From Heptranchias perlo (lineage: Eukaryota): 64,000 nt of DNA. Below are positions 1 through 12,600 of this stretch, one piece after another (position 1 is the stretch's first letter; the number at the start of each line of letters is the position of its first letter). Location of the stretch: contig NC_090346.1 in the NCBI RefSeq assembly GCF_035084215.1, positions 14,446,001 through 14,510,000 on the forward strand. The letters are read 5' to 3'. The position numbers were made by a program, and so were the translations under genes. The notes under the pieces are model-generated. The model had not been told where the DNA came from, ran no database searches, and saw only the letters and a program-made list of their open reading frames with translations.

Positions 1-1781
1 GAAACCATACCCCAGTAAGGAATCAACACCTTCAGGAGATGTGGGAGCAAATTGGCAAAAAAATAAGGAAAGCTCCCTCCAGATTAGAATGAATCTACTT
101 TGGCAGTTAAATCTTTAGAAAAATACAATTTCCAAGTTGAAAATGGCAATTTCCAAGCATAGTGGAGTACCAACAAGGTGTGCAACTGAGTGCAATGCAA
201 ATTTGTAGCCACAATTTCTCACAAAGCTGTACCTGTGGCAGAGATAGAGAAGAATTAAAACACCTCTCTGTGGGGGTCAGTGGGTAGTGCAACAGGTTAA
301 ATAGCTAACACTGTTGCTTCACCACAAGCTGCAGTTTGGATCCAGCATAGTAGGTAGGATGAAACTTTTCTCCCTCTAGCAGCCATTAGGGATCCAACAC
401 TGCCATTTTGGCAGTGACACAACATATTAGTGGCCTAGGGAGTGGCCTGGGCCTTACTCCCCAACTAACCCTTACAATTAGGCATGGTGCATAGCATAGG
501 AAGAACCAGAGAAAAGACAGCTTGAACAAAAAGATCATAATTTTTTCTATAAAAAGATTCTTAGACACCCCCAATCAACAGCAGTAGTAACAAGGTCTAC
601 AAATCCTTAATTTGGACACAAAATTCACATTTAAAATACAAAAATATCCCATCAAGCTTTGAAAATATGCACTTCCTTTAAACTATACCTATTTAAACCC
701 TCATTTAGATCACAGTTCATCCACTGATCATAAAACTATAGCAAGTTATTAGTTGTGCATCTGTTGACATGTAATATATAACAACTGCATTGAAAAGTGT
801 AGTATACAACAAATATTCCTAAAGTATTCATTTTGATGTATGAAACAGATTTTAATGCCTCAATTTTGGGGGAAAAGGGAAAATTCTATATTTATAGTGA
901 GTTTGCATCCTGTACCGCATTTGTGGTGCTCATTAAAGCTCGTTTGGTGAGTGCACCAAGGTTGGTGGTACCTTTGAGCAACCAGCCAAAAACAAATCAC
1001 TGTGATGGGTACAGTCGCCTTTTACAGGCTTTTTGGATCTGCTCTTTAGTTTGTATCCAGTCAAACCATCTAAACGCGTGTCAGTCACCAAGACGTTTTG
1101 CAAAGGCTCAGGATTTCTCAAGACTGGCGAGTAAACGAATCGCATGTTGCAATTCTAATCTTGGATAAGAGCTTGCGTTTACTCAGCTTCTAAACTGTTA
1201 CGAATTATGCCTTTTTTTGCATTAAAGTTGAAATAAATAGAATAAGAAAATCATTGACTAAAAGAATGCATTGACACAAACGGTTCAAGCTGGTGCCAGG
1301 AGCGACCAGCGTCCAACAAGGACCAAGGAGGAGAGGGCAATCTGATTGCTCCTAAGCTCCGTTCCTCTCAATCGCTTTCAGTAGCTGCAAAACTTGATAA
1401 ATTAATTTGTCCAAAAAATTATAATAAACCTCTTTGGGCCGTTTCGTTTTCAAATGACATTGCAAAAATGTAAACAAACATTTTTCTTTTGGGCGGAAAC
1501 CATTACGCTATGCGTCACCCTGAAAAAACATTTAACAGGCACTGTCCTAATAATTTAAATGACTACCTCCCTCGTTATTTTTTAAAAAGATAAAAACTAA
1601 ATCCAGAAAGTCGCTGAAGCAAATTAAATGCCAAAAGATGACGCGACATCTTCATGAGGAGATTGATTTAGAAACAACAACAAACAAAAAATGCTTATTT
1701 TACTTCAGGAATAAAGTGAAAGATTATAAAGCAAGGTAGATTTGAGGTGTTAGGGTTGACTATGCGGTGTGAAGCGCTCAC

Positions 1782-1833
1782 CTATACATTGTCCTACAGG
1801 AGTACTGTACGGGTTCCCAATGAAGAACTCCAT
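1782..1833 (-). CDS. TOM1L2: TOM1-like protein 2, first coding exon (rest of gene lies left of the window)
   Basis: Reverse strand ATG GAG TTC TTC ATT GGG AAC CCG... = MEFFIGNPYSTPVGQCI, then phase-1 donor G|GTGAG. Matches the recalled TOM1L2 VHS N-terminus (MEFLLGNPFSTPVGQCLE). Adjacent to DRC3 as in human. Confidence 0.9.
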
Positions 1834-1839
1834 CTTGAT

Positions 1840-2320
1840 GCTTCCCCCCCAAACATCCAATGGACGCGGGTGACGTCAACTTTGTCTCAATCTAGCTTGA
1901 TAGCGCAAGTGTCGGGGAATGTTCCCGCCTCTCCTTCACCCTGATTGACTAACGATCCGCACTCTGCCATTTCCCTTGTGTTTATTGGTCAACATCCACG
2001 TCAATCAATCTTTTTATCAAGTTAGTTTGCCTTCATGCTTGGCGTGATTATTTTGCCCATCCCTCTCTCCATTAAAATTATGCCTTAAGTAGCATGTTTT
2101 TATTTCATTTTAAATTCTTTGCCTAAGATGCTAAAATAATTACTAATTAAACCCGGTACGAAATCCATATGATGATGCTGCTGCTGCTGTGGGGAAAAGG
2201 CTCTGGTCACGTGATGTTTATCCTAGCAACCGTGTGAAGCTGGGCCCAGGCAGGCGTTATCTGAGGATCCACGTGAGATGATTAATTCCAGTCAAATTAA
2301 AAAATAAAATAATTCGAAGG
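1840..2320. promoter_or_regulatory. Bidirectional TOM1L2/DRC3 promoter
   Basis: CRE TGACGTCA 1871-1878, ATTGG 1984-1988, E-box GTCACGTGA 2206-2214, RFX-type CCTAGCAAC 2222-2230. Locally CpG-enriched and between divergent genes. Confidence 0.7.
2231..2319 (+). other. DRC3: Probable non-coding first exon of DRC3 (5' boundary approximate)
   Basis: Consensus donor AAG|GTAAGT at 2319/2320, just downstream of the RFX motif. The first coding exon has its own acceptor at 6438-6439, so an upstream exon is required. Confidence 0.6.
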
Positions 2321-2714
2321 TAAGTATTGACTCTAAGCGCTACAGATTTGAACTATCAGGTGATTATGCGTTCGTTATTTTTCAACTTCCAGGTGGTAGA
2401 TGATAACGTCTGTGATAGGAGAGTTTACCTGTTATTTGCAGCATTATGAATTTATACAACTCTGCGTTGTCCCATGTGATATTATCTCAGACTTTTAATC
2501 GCAAAAAAGGAAAATATTGAGGAGAAAAGATACATGAAATATTGTGTGGTGTTGTGCAGAGTCAGAAGAATGATACCAGGGAATATAATGTTAAAATAAG
2601 GAAGCTTGCGACCTAAACGTGATTACTTTGTGCTAAGTTGTTAGTTTATAGAATGGCTGCCACTTAGTGCGATATTAAAAAAAATACATTTATAGAATCA
2701 TGATATAACACATA

Positions 2715-2950
2715 GTACATAAAAGGGAATCCAAAAGTCTTCACTAGGCATATAAATAGTAAACGAGTCATAAGAAAAGGGGTGGGGCCGATTAGAGACC
2801 AAAAGGGGGATATACGCACGGAGGCAGAGGGTATAGCAGTAGTACTAAATGAGTACTTTGCATCTGTCATTACCAAGGAAGAAGATACGGCTAAAGCCAC
2901 AGTAAAAGAGGAGGTAGTTGAGATACTGTGTGGGAGAAAAATTGATAAAG
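2715..2950 (+). mobile_element. Old CR1 ORF2 fragment
   Basis: Translates to KGNPKVF..HINSKR..GVGPIRDQKG..VLNEYFASV, the CR1 APE-RT linker also seen near 16.4 kb. Confidence 0.75.
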
Positions 2951-2951
2951 A

Positions 2952-5859
2952 GGACCGCTAGGCACCGGACACGACAAAGGCAAACCAAGCCCAGTCGACC
3001 CTGCAAAGTCCTCCTCACTAACATCTGGGGACTTATGCCACAATTGGGAGAGCTGTCCCACAGACGAGTCAAGCAGCAGCCTGACATAGCCATACTCACA
3101 GAATCATACCTTTCAGCCAATGTCCCAGACTCTTGCATCACCATCCCTGGGTATGTCCTGTCCCACCGGCAGGACAGACCCACCAGAGGTGGCGGTACAG
3201 TGATATACAGTCAGGAGGGGGTGGCCCTGGGAGTCCTCAACATTGACTCCTGACCCCATGAAATCTTATGGCATCGGGTCAAACATGGACAAGGGAACCT
3301 CCTGCTCATTACCACCTACCGCCCTCCCGCGGCTGATGAATCATTCCTCCTCCATGTTGAGCATCACTTGGAGGAAGCACTGAGGGGAGCAAGGGCACAG
3401 AATGTACTCTGGGTGGGGGACTTCAATGTCCATCACCAAGAGTGACTCGGTAGCACCACTACTGACCGAGCTGGCCAAGTCCTGAAGGACATAGCTGCCA
3501 GACTGGGCCTGCGGCAGGTGGTGAGCAAACCAACACGAGGGAAAAACTTACTTGACCTCATCCTCACCAATCTATCTGTCGCAAATGCATCTGTCCATGA
3601 CAGTATTGGTAGGAGTGACCACCGCACAGTCCTCGTGGAGACGAAGTCCTGTCTTCGCACTGAGGATACCATCCAACGTGTTGTGTGGCACTACCACTGT
3701 GCTAAATGGGATAGATTCAGAACAGATCTAGCAGCTCAAAACTGGGCATCCATGAGGCGCTGTGGGCCATCAGCAGCAGCAGCAGAATTGTATTCCAGCA
3801 CAATCTGTAACCTCATGGCCCGCATATTCCTCACTCTACCATTACCAACAAGCCAGGGGATCAACCCTGGTTCAATGAGGAGTGTAGAAGAGCATGCCAG
3901 GAGTAGCACCAGGCGTACCTAAAAATGAGGTGCCAACCTGGTGAAGTTACAACTCAGGACTATATGCATGCTAAACAGCGGAAGCAACATGCAATGGACA
4001 GAGCTAAGCGATTCCACAACCAACGGATCAGATCAAAGCTCTGCAGTCCTGCTACATCCAGTCATGAATGGTGGTGGACAATTAAACAACTAACGGGAGG
4101 AGGAGGCTCTGTAAACATCCCCATCCTCAATGATGGCAGAGTCCAGCACGTGAGCGCAAAAGACAAGGCTGAAGCGTTTGCAACCATCTTCAGCCAGAAG
4201 TGCCGAGTGGATGATCCATCTTGGCCTCCTCCCGATATCCCCACCATCACAGAAGCCAGTCTTCAGCCAATTCGATTCACTCCACTTGATATCAAGAAAC
4301 GGCTGAGTGCACTGGATACAGCAAAGGCTATGGGCCCTGACAACATCCCGGCTGTAGTGCTGAAGATTTCTGCTCCAGAACTAGCCACGCCTCTAGCCAA
4401 GCTGTTCCAGTGCAGCTACAACACTGGCATCTACCCGACAATGTGGAAAATTGCCCAGGTATGTCCTGTCCACAAAAAGCAGGACAAATCCAATCCGGCC
4501 AATTACCGCCCCATCAGCCTACTCTCAATCATCAGCAAAGTGATGGAAGGTGTCGTCGACAGTGCTATCAAGCAGCACTTACTCACCAATAACCTGCTCA
4601 CCGATGCTCAGTTTGGGTTCCACCAGGACCACTCGGCTCCAGACCTCATTACAGCTTTGGTCCAAACATGGACAAAAGAGCTGAATTCCAGAGATGAGGT
4701 GAGAGTGACTGCCCTTGACATCAAGGCAGCATTTGACCGAGTGTGGCACCAAGGAGCCCTAGTAAAATTGAAGTCAATGGGAATCAGAGGGAAATCTCTA
4801 CAGTGGCTGGAGTCATACCTAGCACAAAGGAAGGTGGTAGTGGTAGTGGTTGTTGGAGGCCAATCATCTCAGCCCCAGGACATTGCTGCAGGAGTTCCTC
4901 AGGGCAGTGTCCTAGGCCCAACCATCTTCAGCTGCTTCATCAATGACCTTCCCTCCATCATAAGGTCAGAAATGGGGATGTTCGCTGATGATTGCACAGT
5001 GTTCAGTTCCATTTGCAACTCCTCAGATAATGAAGCATTCTGTGCCCGCATGCAGCAAGACCTGAACAGCAAGTAACATTCGTGCCAGATAAGTGCCAGG
5101 CAATGACCATCTCCAATAAGAGAGGGTCTAACCACCTGCCCTTGACATTCAACGGCATTACCATCACCGAATCCCCAACCATCAACATCCTGGGGGTCAC
5201 CATCAACCAGAAACTTAACTGGACCAGCCATATAAATACTGTGGCTGCAAGAGCAGGTCAGAGGCTGGGTATTCTGCAGCGAGTAACTCACCTCCTGACT
5301 CCACAAAGCCTTCCCACCATCTACAAGGCACAAGTCAGGAATGTGATGGAATACTCTCCACTTGCCTGAATGAGTGCAGCTCCAACAACACTCAAGAAGC
5401 TCGACACCATCCAAGACAAAGCAGCCTGCTTGATTGGCACCCCATCCACCACCCTAAACATTCACTCCCTTCACCACTGGCGCACAGTTGCTGCAATGTG
5501 TACCATCCACAGGATGCACTGCAGCAACTCACCAAGGCTTCTTCGACAGCACCTCCCAAACTCACGACCTCTACCACCTAGAAGGACAAGGGCAGCAGGC
5601 ACATGGGAACAACACCACCTGCATATTCCCCTCCAAGTCACACACCATCCCGACTTGGAAATATATCGCCGTTCCTTCATTGTCGCTGGGTCAAAATCCT
5701 GGAACTCCCTAACAGCACTGTGGGAGAACCTTCACCACACGGACTGCAGCAGTTAAAGAAGGCGGCTGACCACCACCTTCTCTAGGGCAATTAGGGATGG
5801 GCAGTAAATGCTGGCCTCGCCAGCGACTCCCACATCCCATGAACGAATAATAAAAAAAA
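2952..5859 (+). mobile_element. tRNA-headed LINE family (APE+RT, CR1/L2 group), copy 1, 5'-truncated and degenerate
   Basis: APE motifs ([28 protein letters not shown]) and RT motifs ([31 protein letters not shown]); A-rich tail at about 5847-5859; stops and frameshifts. Confidence 0.95.
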
Positions 5860-6457
5860 TAATCTTGCTTCAAAAACTGATCGTTCTAATTTTTCAATTC
5901 TTCCCAGTCTGTATGGCTCAGTACTACATTACGTGGTGCAGTTATCAATTGAGCCAATGGATATTTGTCAGAGTTCAACCGCAAGGCGGCAGCAAAAGAC
6001 ATATTTTTCGACTCCCTAACCAAGATAAGGCAGTAAATTGAAGGCAGACAAATCTGATGGATGTGATAATAACACGTAAAAGGCTCAAGCATCACTTGGA
6101 CCCCTTGTAATTTGCTTCTGCCTATTTATTGCCTCATTCACAAAAACAGGATATACTATTTATTTTCACTAGACACCATCCACAAACAAGTGGAGAGGGG
6201 AGTCACTCCCATATTTCTGCAAATGGAGTTGTGCAATCATCCATTGAGAGGTGTGTGAGAGTATCTGAGGGTGAGCTGCCCTTCAGCTTTCCCTCTCTAC
6301 AGAGAAGGGTTGAGCCTGTCCTCGGTGCCAACCTCCGACAGTCCTGGCAGCATTTGTAGTTTGTTCATTATACTGTTATACAAAAATTGAATATTTGTTC
6401 TGACGTATATGTTTAAAAAAATGTTTTCTTCTTTTTAAGTGAACACAACTGTTCAAA

Positions 6458-6617
6458 ATGAGCCGGCCGAATAAAACAATTGAGCCCAGTGTCATAGATG
6501 ATGAAATGCTGCAAGAGGCAGTGCAGAAGCAGGGACCACCAGGGAGAGCAGGACAGATAGCCAAACTGGAAGGAATTGACTTCAAAGATGTAAAACATCT
6601 TCAACTTGATTACCAAA
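6458..6617 (+). CDS. DRC3: DRC3 coding exon 1
   Basis: [53 protein letters not shown]; acceptor AG 6438-6439, donor GTATG 6618. Confidence 0.93.
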
Positions 6618-9600
6618 GTATGTTTTAGGTCTACACCAGTGACTGTCCTTCATGAGCTTGATGAACAAGATGTTGATAGTTTATGGTATAATTACTGCAG
6701 GTATACTGATAAACAATCTGCAGTTGATTGCCAGCAAATATACATATGTGGAAAAAAATGTATTCCTCTGTTGCTAAAGCCCACTTGGATCTGAAAGGAC
6801 TGTGATTATCATGTGACTGTTAAGTTTACTTCATGAATATAAGTTGTTAATATAGAAGATGTCCCAAGTGTTGCAGAGAAGGGGTGGCGGTGTGGAGCGG
6901 GGCGGGGGGCGAGTTGGAGGTGGAGGAGGAGAGGAATAGAATCTGAGGTACAGTCAGAGAGTTAGAGGAGGTGACCGAAAGCTTGATTGAAGAAATGGAT
7001 TTTTAAGAAGGCTTTAAAAAACAGAGGTTTAGTGAGGGAGTCCCAGAGAGTAGGGCCAATGTGACTGAAGGCTCTGCCACCAACAGTGAGGTGAAGGAGA
7101 GCCATTGTCAAAGGACTTGGGCGTGGGAGGAAACTTAAGGCTGAAGGAAGTCGCAGAGGTATGATGGGTTGAGGCTGTGGAGAGATTTCAAAACGAGGAT
7201 AAGGATTTGAAATTCAGTATATTGGGAGACGGGGCCAATGTAGTAATTTTTTCCCCCTTCAGAGTCCTCATGTCAGTCAGTCAGCAGAATGGGGATGGGA
7301 TCACCCCGCGTGGCTAGGTACAAGTCTGGGATCGAGTGTGCGCGGGGCAGAACAGGATCCAGATCTGAGGATTGCAGGTCTGGGTACAGGCTTCAGCCTC
7401 GGTATCAAACAGTTGAGAGACACAGCAGGGCTTGGGGGTGGCGCTCCAGCCCAGTCCAGACACAGTGTGTCCTGAGGGTCGTCACGAGAAGCCTGGGAGA
7501 AAGTGCTTCATCACTTTATTAAACCCTTTCCTTTTTTTTTACTTGCGTCCAACACCATGGAACATCACTAATTCTGGAAAAATAAGTTTAGAACAACTGT
7601 GAATACTGGAAATCTGAAATAAAAACAGAAATCTAGAAATCCACATCAGGTCGATCAGCAACTGCAAGAAATTGTAAGGGAAAATTATCTTGAAAAGGAG
7701 TCTCACCCTCAAAAAGAAAATATTTGTGTAGGTATTCATTTTAGGATTTTAATTTTTGTTGTTCCAAAAATGTTATTACTGTAAAATCTCCGATTTATCT
7801 CCCTGGTGTAGATATACTGAAGATCGACAACTTGTGGCGGTTCAAAACACTGACCAAACTCCAGCTGGACAGTAACGTCATTGAAAAGATTGAGGGACTG
7901 AACACGCTGACCAACCTGGTTTGGCTAGGTAAGTGTTGAAGAACTCAGTATATCACACACCTTGGCTTTGTTTTCTTTCAGCTATATTTTTGATTTTTAA
8001 AAACATTTCAGCCAGGGACATGACAGATCAGCCATGATCTAATTGAATGGTGGAACAGGCTTAAGGGGCTGAATGGCCTACTTCTGTTCGTATGAGTCAG
8101 GAGCACTAAAATCAGGCTCCACTGATATACGCACTTTCCAGCAGGAACATGTGTGTCCGTCATGTGAAGACCAAGTTCACTGTTGGTGGACAGAACACTC
8201 GCTGTTTAGATTCATGCAAAAAAGCCTCTTGGGCAAGGAGGGCACCCAATGTCATGAAAGCGAACCCCAACATGAGTTACACCTTCTGAGAGGAGGGGGG
8301 GAAAGTGAAGGAGGAAAAATTTGGAAGAAAAAATTCTCTTAAATAAAAATGTTTTGCATTTGTACAATTTATACAATGGCTTGAGAGATCTCGCACAGCA
8401 TTTTCCTTTTCTTCAACCTCCATTCAGATGGTAGCCTTTGAAAATTGAGAAGACCTTGCATTTCTATAGCGACTTTCATATCCCAAAGTGCTTTACAGCC
8501 AATTAATTACTTTTGACATGCAGTCACTGCTGTAATGTAAGCAAATGTGAATTTGTGCACAGCAAGATCCCACAAACAGCACTGAGCTAAATGACCAGAT
8601 AATCTGATTTAAGAGGTGTTGTTTGAGGGATAAGTGTTTGGCCAGGCCGTCAGGTGAACTCCCCTTCTTCCTCTTCAAATAGTGCCATGGGAATCTTATG
8701 TCCGACTGAACTGGCACACAGGGCCTCGGTTTAACATTTCATCCAAAGGACGTCTCTCTCTGACTGCAGCGCTCCCTCAGTACTGCACTGAAGCATCAGC
8801 CTGGATTATGTGCCAAGTCCTGGAGTGGGGCTTGAACATACGACCTTCTGACTTCCTTTTAGTGCGTTGAGTCAGACAGGGATTCTCCATTGGAAGAGTT
8901 GCCAAATATGTTCGTACATGAAGCTGCGGGCTGTAATTCCTGCACCCCATGCCAACATTTTGCTGTGTCAAACCTGTGGAAATTATAAGATAAATGAACT
9001 GTTAAAACACAGCAGATGCCCCATTCCCTCTTTGAGCGAACTGCCATTGGCAAATTATACCCATTCATAAGTGTAAAGGTTCCTGCTCTTGGTTGCTGGG
9101 TATTTGTTCTGTACAGGCCCTGAGTTCAAATGAGTGGTTAGGATCTGGAATGCACTGCCCGAGGGGGTGGTGGAGGCAGATTCAATCATTGCCTTCAAAA
9201 GGGAACTGGATAAGTACTTGAAAGGAAAAAATTTGCAGGGCTACGGGGAAAGAGCAGGTGAGTGGGACTAGCTGGATTGCTCTTGCATAGAGCCGGCGCA
9301 GACTCGATGGGCTGAATGGCCTCCTTCCGTGCTGTAACCATTCTATGAGTAGGGTGCTTCTTGCTTTGCAAAATCAAAGATAGAAAGCAATCCCGCTGGT
9401 GGATATCAGTAACTGTCCAAACCCTCACATGAAGATTAGCCACCTGGGCAAAGTACTGGAGAGCTGACAGTGCTCCTGGAACTATACGTTAGGAGAGGGG
9501 ATAATTGGGGAAAAAATGCTTGATTTGTTTTTTTTTCTTCTAGATTTATCCTTTAATAACATTGAGATGATCGAAGGTCTAGATGAATTGGTTAAGCTGG

Positions 9601-12600
9601 AAGACCTCAGTCTGTACAGTAACAGAATTTCCAATTTTGAAAACATGGACTCGTTAGTAAACCTACAGATCTTCTCTATTGGAAAAAATTACATTGATAA
9701 GCTGGAAACTGTAAGTAATTTGATTTAAGTGGAGCCCATCCTTCCCTCCCACCACCCCTAATATTCTGTCTGGTTTATCAGTGTTTTCTGATTAATTTTT
9801 AGTGCTTAGTATTTCTGCGCAGTTTTCTAGATTACAATAATGTTATTCTTACAGATTATCTACCTAAGGAGATTTAAGAGGCTGCGCACACTGAACCTGG
9901 CTGGGAATCCTATCTGTGAGGATGAACGGTACGGTATGTACATTCCAGCCTACCTGCCTAACCTGATGTACCTGGACTTCAGATTAATAGATAAGACCAC
10001 AGTAAGTGTTTAATAGCAATGGACCAGAGGTGAAATTGATGTTGTAATGAGATACTACTTGTGCACAATTAAGGATTTGTTTGATTGAACATAATACACA
10101 TTTGGCACCCAATTTTGTAAGTTTGGAAAATTATTCAAACAAAATGAATTGCAGCCAAATCTTGAGTGATGATTTAGGGTTGTGCTGTCCAATGTTCTGT
10201 ATCATGCAGTGATATGGAAGGGCTTCAGGTCCATGCCTCCCCACATGGATTCCAATCCTTTTGTACCATTAAGGGAAAAAACTATATGAAACTCATTAGT
10301 CTTGAGAATTTCCATTGCAACCATTTGATGAAAATTTTAAACCACCAAATAATTGCATTCCAAGTATTATTAATCTGAGAAACTCAGATATATATATATA
10401 CTGGCAGCTTGAAGTTTCCACCAATTTTCTCCCCCAACCACATCCTTTCCTAATTGCGTTGAATCCTTGCTGAGGTATAATTCCAACAATGGCAGCCATT
10501 CTCCAATACCTCACTCGGGTGGCCATTCTTCATATGTGAGCCCAAACTATGAGTGCTTGCAGGCCATTTGGGTGCAGGAGGTACCCCAGCCAAGCCCAAA
10601 CCTGTTCTCACCTGATGTCCACACACAAGCCCGACCAGCAGGAATCACTGGATAGCGATCAGGGGCAGGAACCTGGCTGATTTCCTTGACCTTAAAGCAC
10701 AGACCTTAAGGTATGCTACGGCTATTATAGCACCCCTACTTCTGCCTTGCCTGAGATCAGCTTACTCAGCACAAAACTGGGGATCAGATGTGGGACCTTC
10801 AGGTCTGCGTGGCTCAGATAATTCAAAAGTCAAAATTAACGGCAGTGGGAATATCAAGTGTTAAGTTTTATTAAATGTACATTGTGTCCTGTAAGGGACG
10901 GGTTGGTTTATTCCTTCATTCAGATTTATTTTGTTGCCTATCGTTTGCAGATAATTTCAAACCATCATCAATTTCTTAAGCAGACCTCATTAAAGTCTTT
11001 GATTCAGGTTGATGCAATTTGTGGTTACATTTTGCAGTGTGTGGGGAGGTGATGGCCTACTACTGACATGGAAAGTAGTTCAGTTAACCGCTGTATTGCT
11101 GGCTGCAAGCCTGCCTTATATTTTTACATTTGGATATAGCCTCCCTGGCAATATCCTACACCTTTCTATGTCAGGAAGAAATGAATGTTGTTGGTAAAGA
11201 GTGGGAGTGGTGGAGGGGGCAAATCCGCCAAACTGCAGACTACATGTAATAAATATAAATACTTTCTTTACATACACCACCCCAAATGCTTTGTAAACAC
11301 TGTGTTAAGATTTATGAGCCACCAAGCACACAATTCCAGCCATATCTGATTGGTAACAGTCCTTTTTAAGAATAAAATAAGGCTCCCCTTATTGCTCAGC
11401 TGCTCAAGGCCGTGAATTAATGAACCACACAGAACAGTGAGGCTCAGGTTCCATCTTCAGTCTGCGCTGAGTTACCTGATCTAGTAGTAGAATACTACAA
11501 TTGGTCTCCTAATCATTCTCCAACAACCCAGGGGATGAGTATTGTCGAGAAATTGGGCTCAGCTGTGATGTCTCCTATGCTCAAATAGCCCATTGACATT
11601 CAATGTCTAGACTCACAAATGGATGGCCACCATGCACTCATACCCCAGCAAGGAGTCCACATCTTTCAGCAATGGGGAGGGGAGAAATTAACAGGAAAAG
11701 GAGCAGAAAATATAAAATAAAGTCAGCCAAACTGTATTCTGCGCTTTAAGAACACTATTTGATGCAAGTAAATGATGCTTTCTATACGCCATCACTAGTA
11801 CAGCCGGACAGAGTAAGGAAACAAATAAAACATGTTTTTGAAAAGTTGCAGGGTGTTAGAGCAGCAACATGCTGTGCTGAGGGGTCGTGGAATGTGGGCA
11901 AACACGTAAAGATCTTCCATCCAGAATTCCTGACTGCAGCCGTGCCTTAGGCTTGGCTCTACCCACAAGGAAGGAGAGAACATCATCCCACACCTTTTAG
12001 ATGTCAGCCGTGGGGGCTCAGTTGGTGGCACCCTCTGAGTTCGAAGGTTGTGCGTTCAAGCCCCAATCCAGAGACTTGGGCACAAAGTCTAGGCTGACAC
12101 TCCAGTGCAGTACTGAGGGAGTGCTGCACTGTCAGAGGTGCCATCTTTCGGTTGAGACAAAGTACTTTTGAAGTGTAGTCACTGTTGTAATGTAGGAAAT
12201 GTGGCAGCCAATTTGCGCACAGCAAGGTCGCACAAACAGCAATGTGATAATGACCAAATAATCTGTTTTAGCGATGTTGGTTAAGGGAAAGATGTTGGCC
12301 TGGAGACCAGGGAGAACTCCTCTGCTCTTCTTCGAAATAGTGCCATGGGATCTTTTATGTCCTTTACAACAGTGACTATACTTCACAAACACTTTTTTGG
12401 CTGTTAAACGCTTTGGGACGTCCTGAATTCATGAAAAGCACTATTTAAGTGCAAGTCTTTCATTTTGAGGCAGCCAGTTTTACAATGGCAGTGGCAGAGA
12501 TCTGGGAGCAATTACCTGCCTCACATGCTGGGACAGGGATGCTACCTGACTCAGAGTGATCAAAGAAAGTGGAAGGGAAGAAAATGTGTTTTGCAAAAGT

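Noticed and set aside
3925-5076. RT ORFs as domesticated genes or retron/DGR-type systems
   Set aside because: Multiple near-identical dispersed copies with tails, frameshifts and stops show that these are non-LTR retrotransposons.
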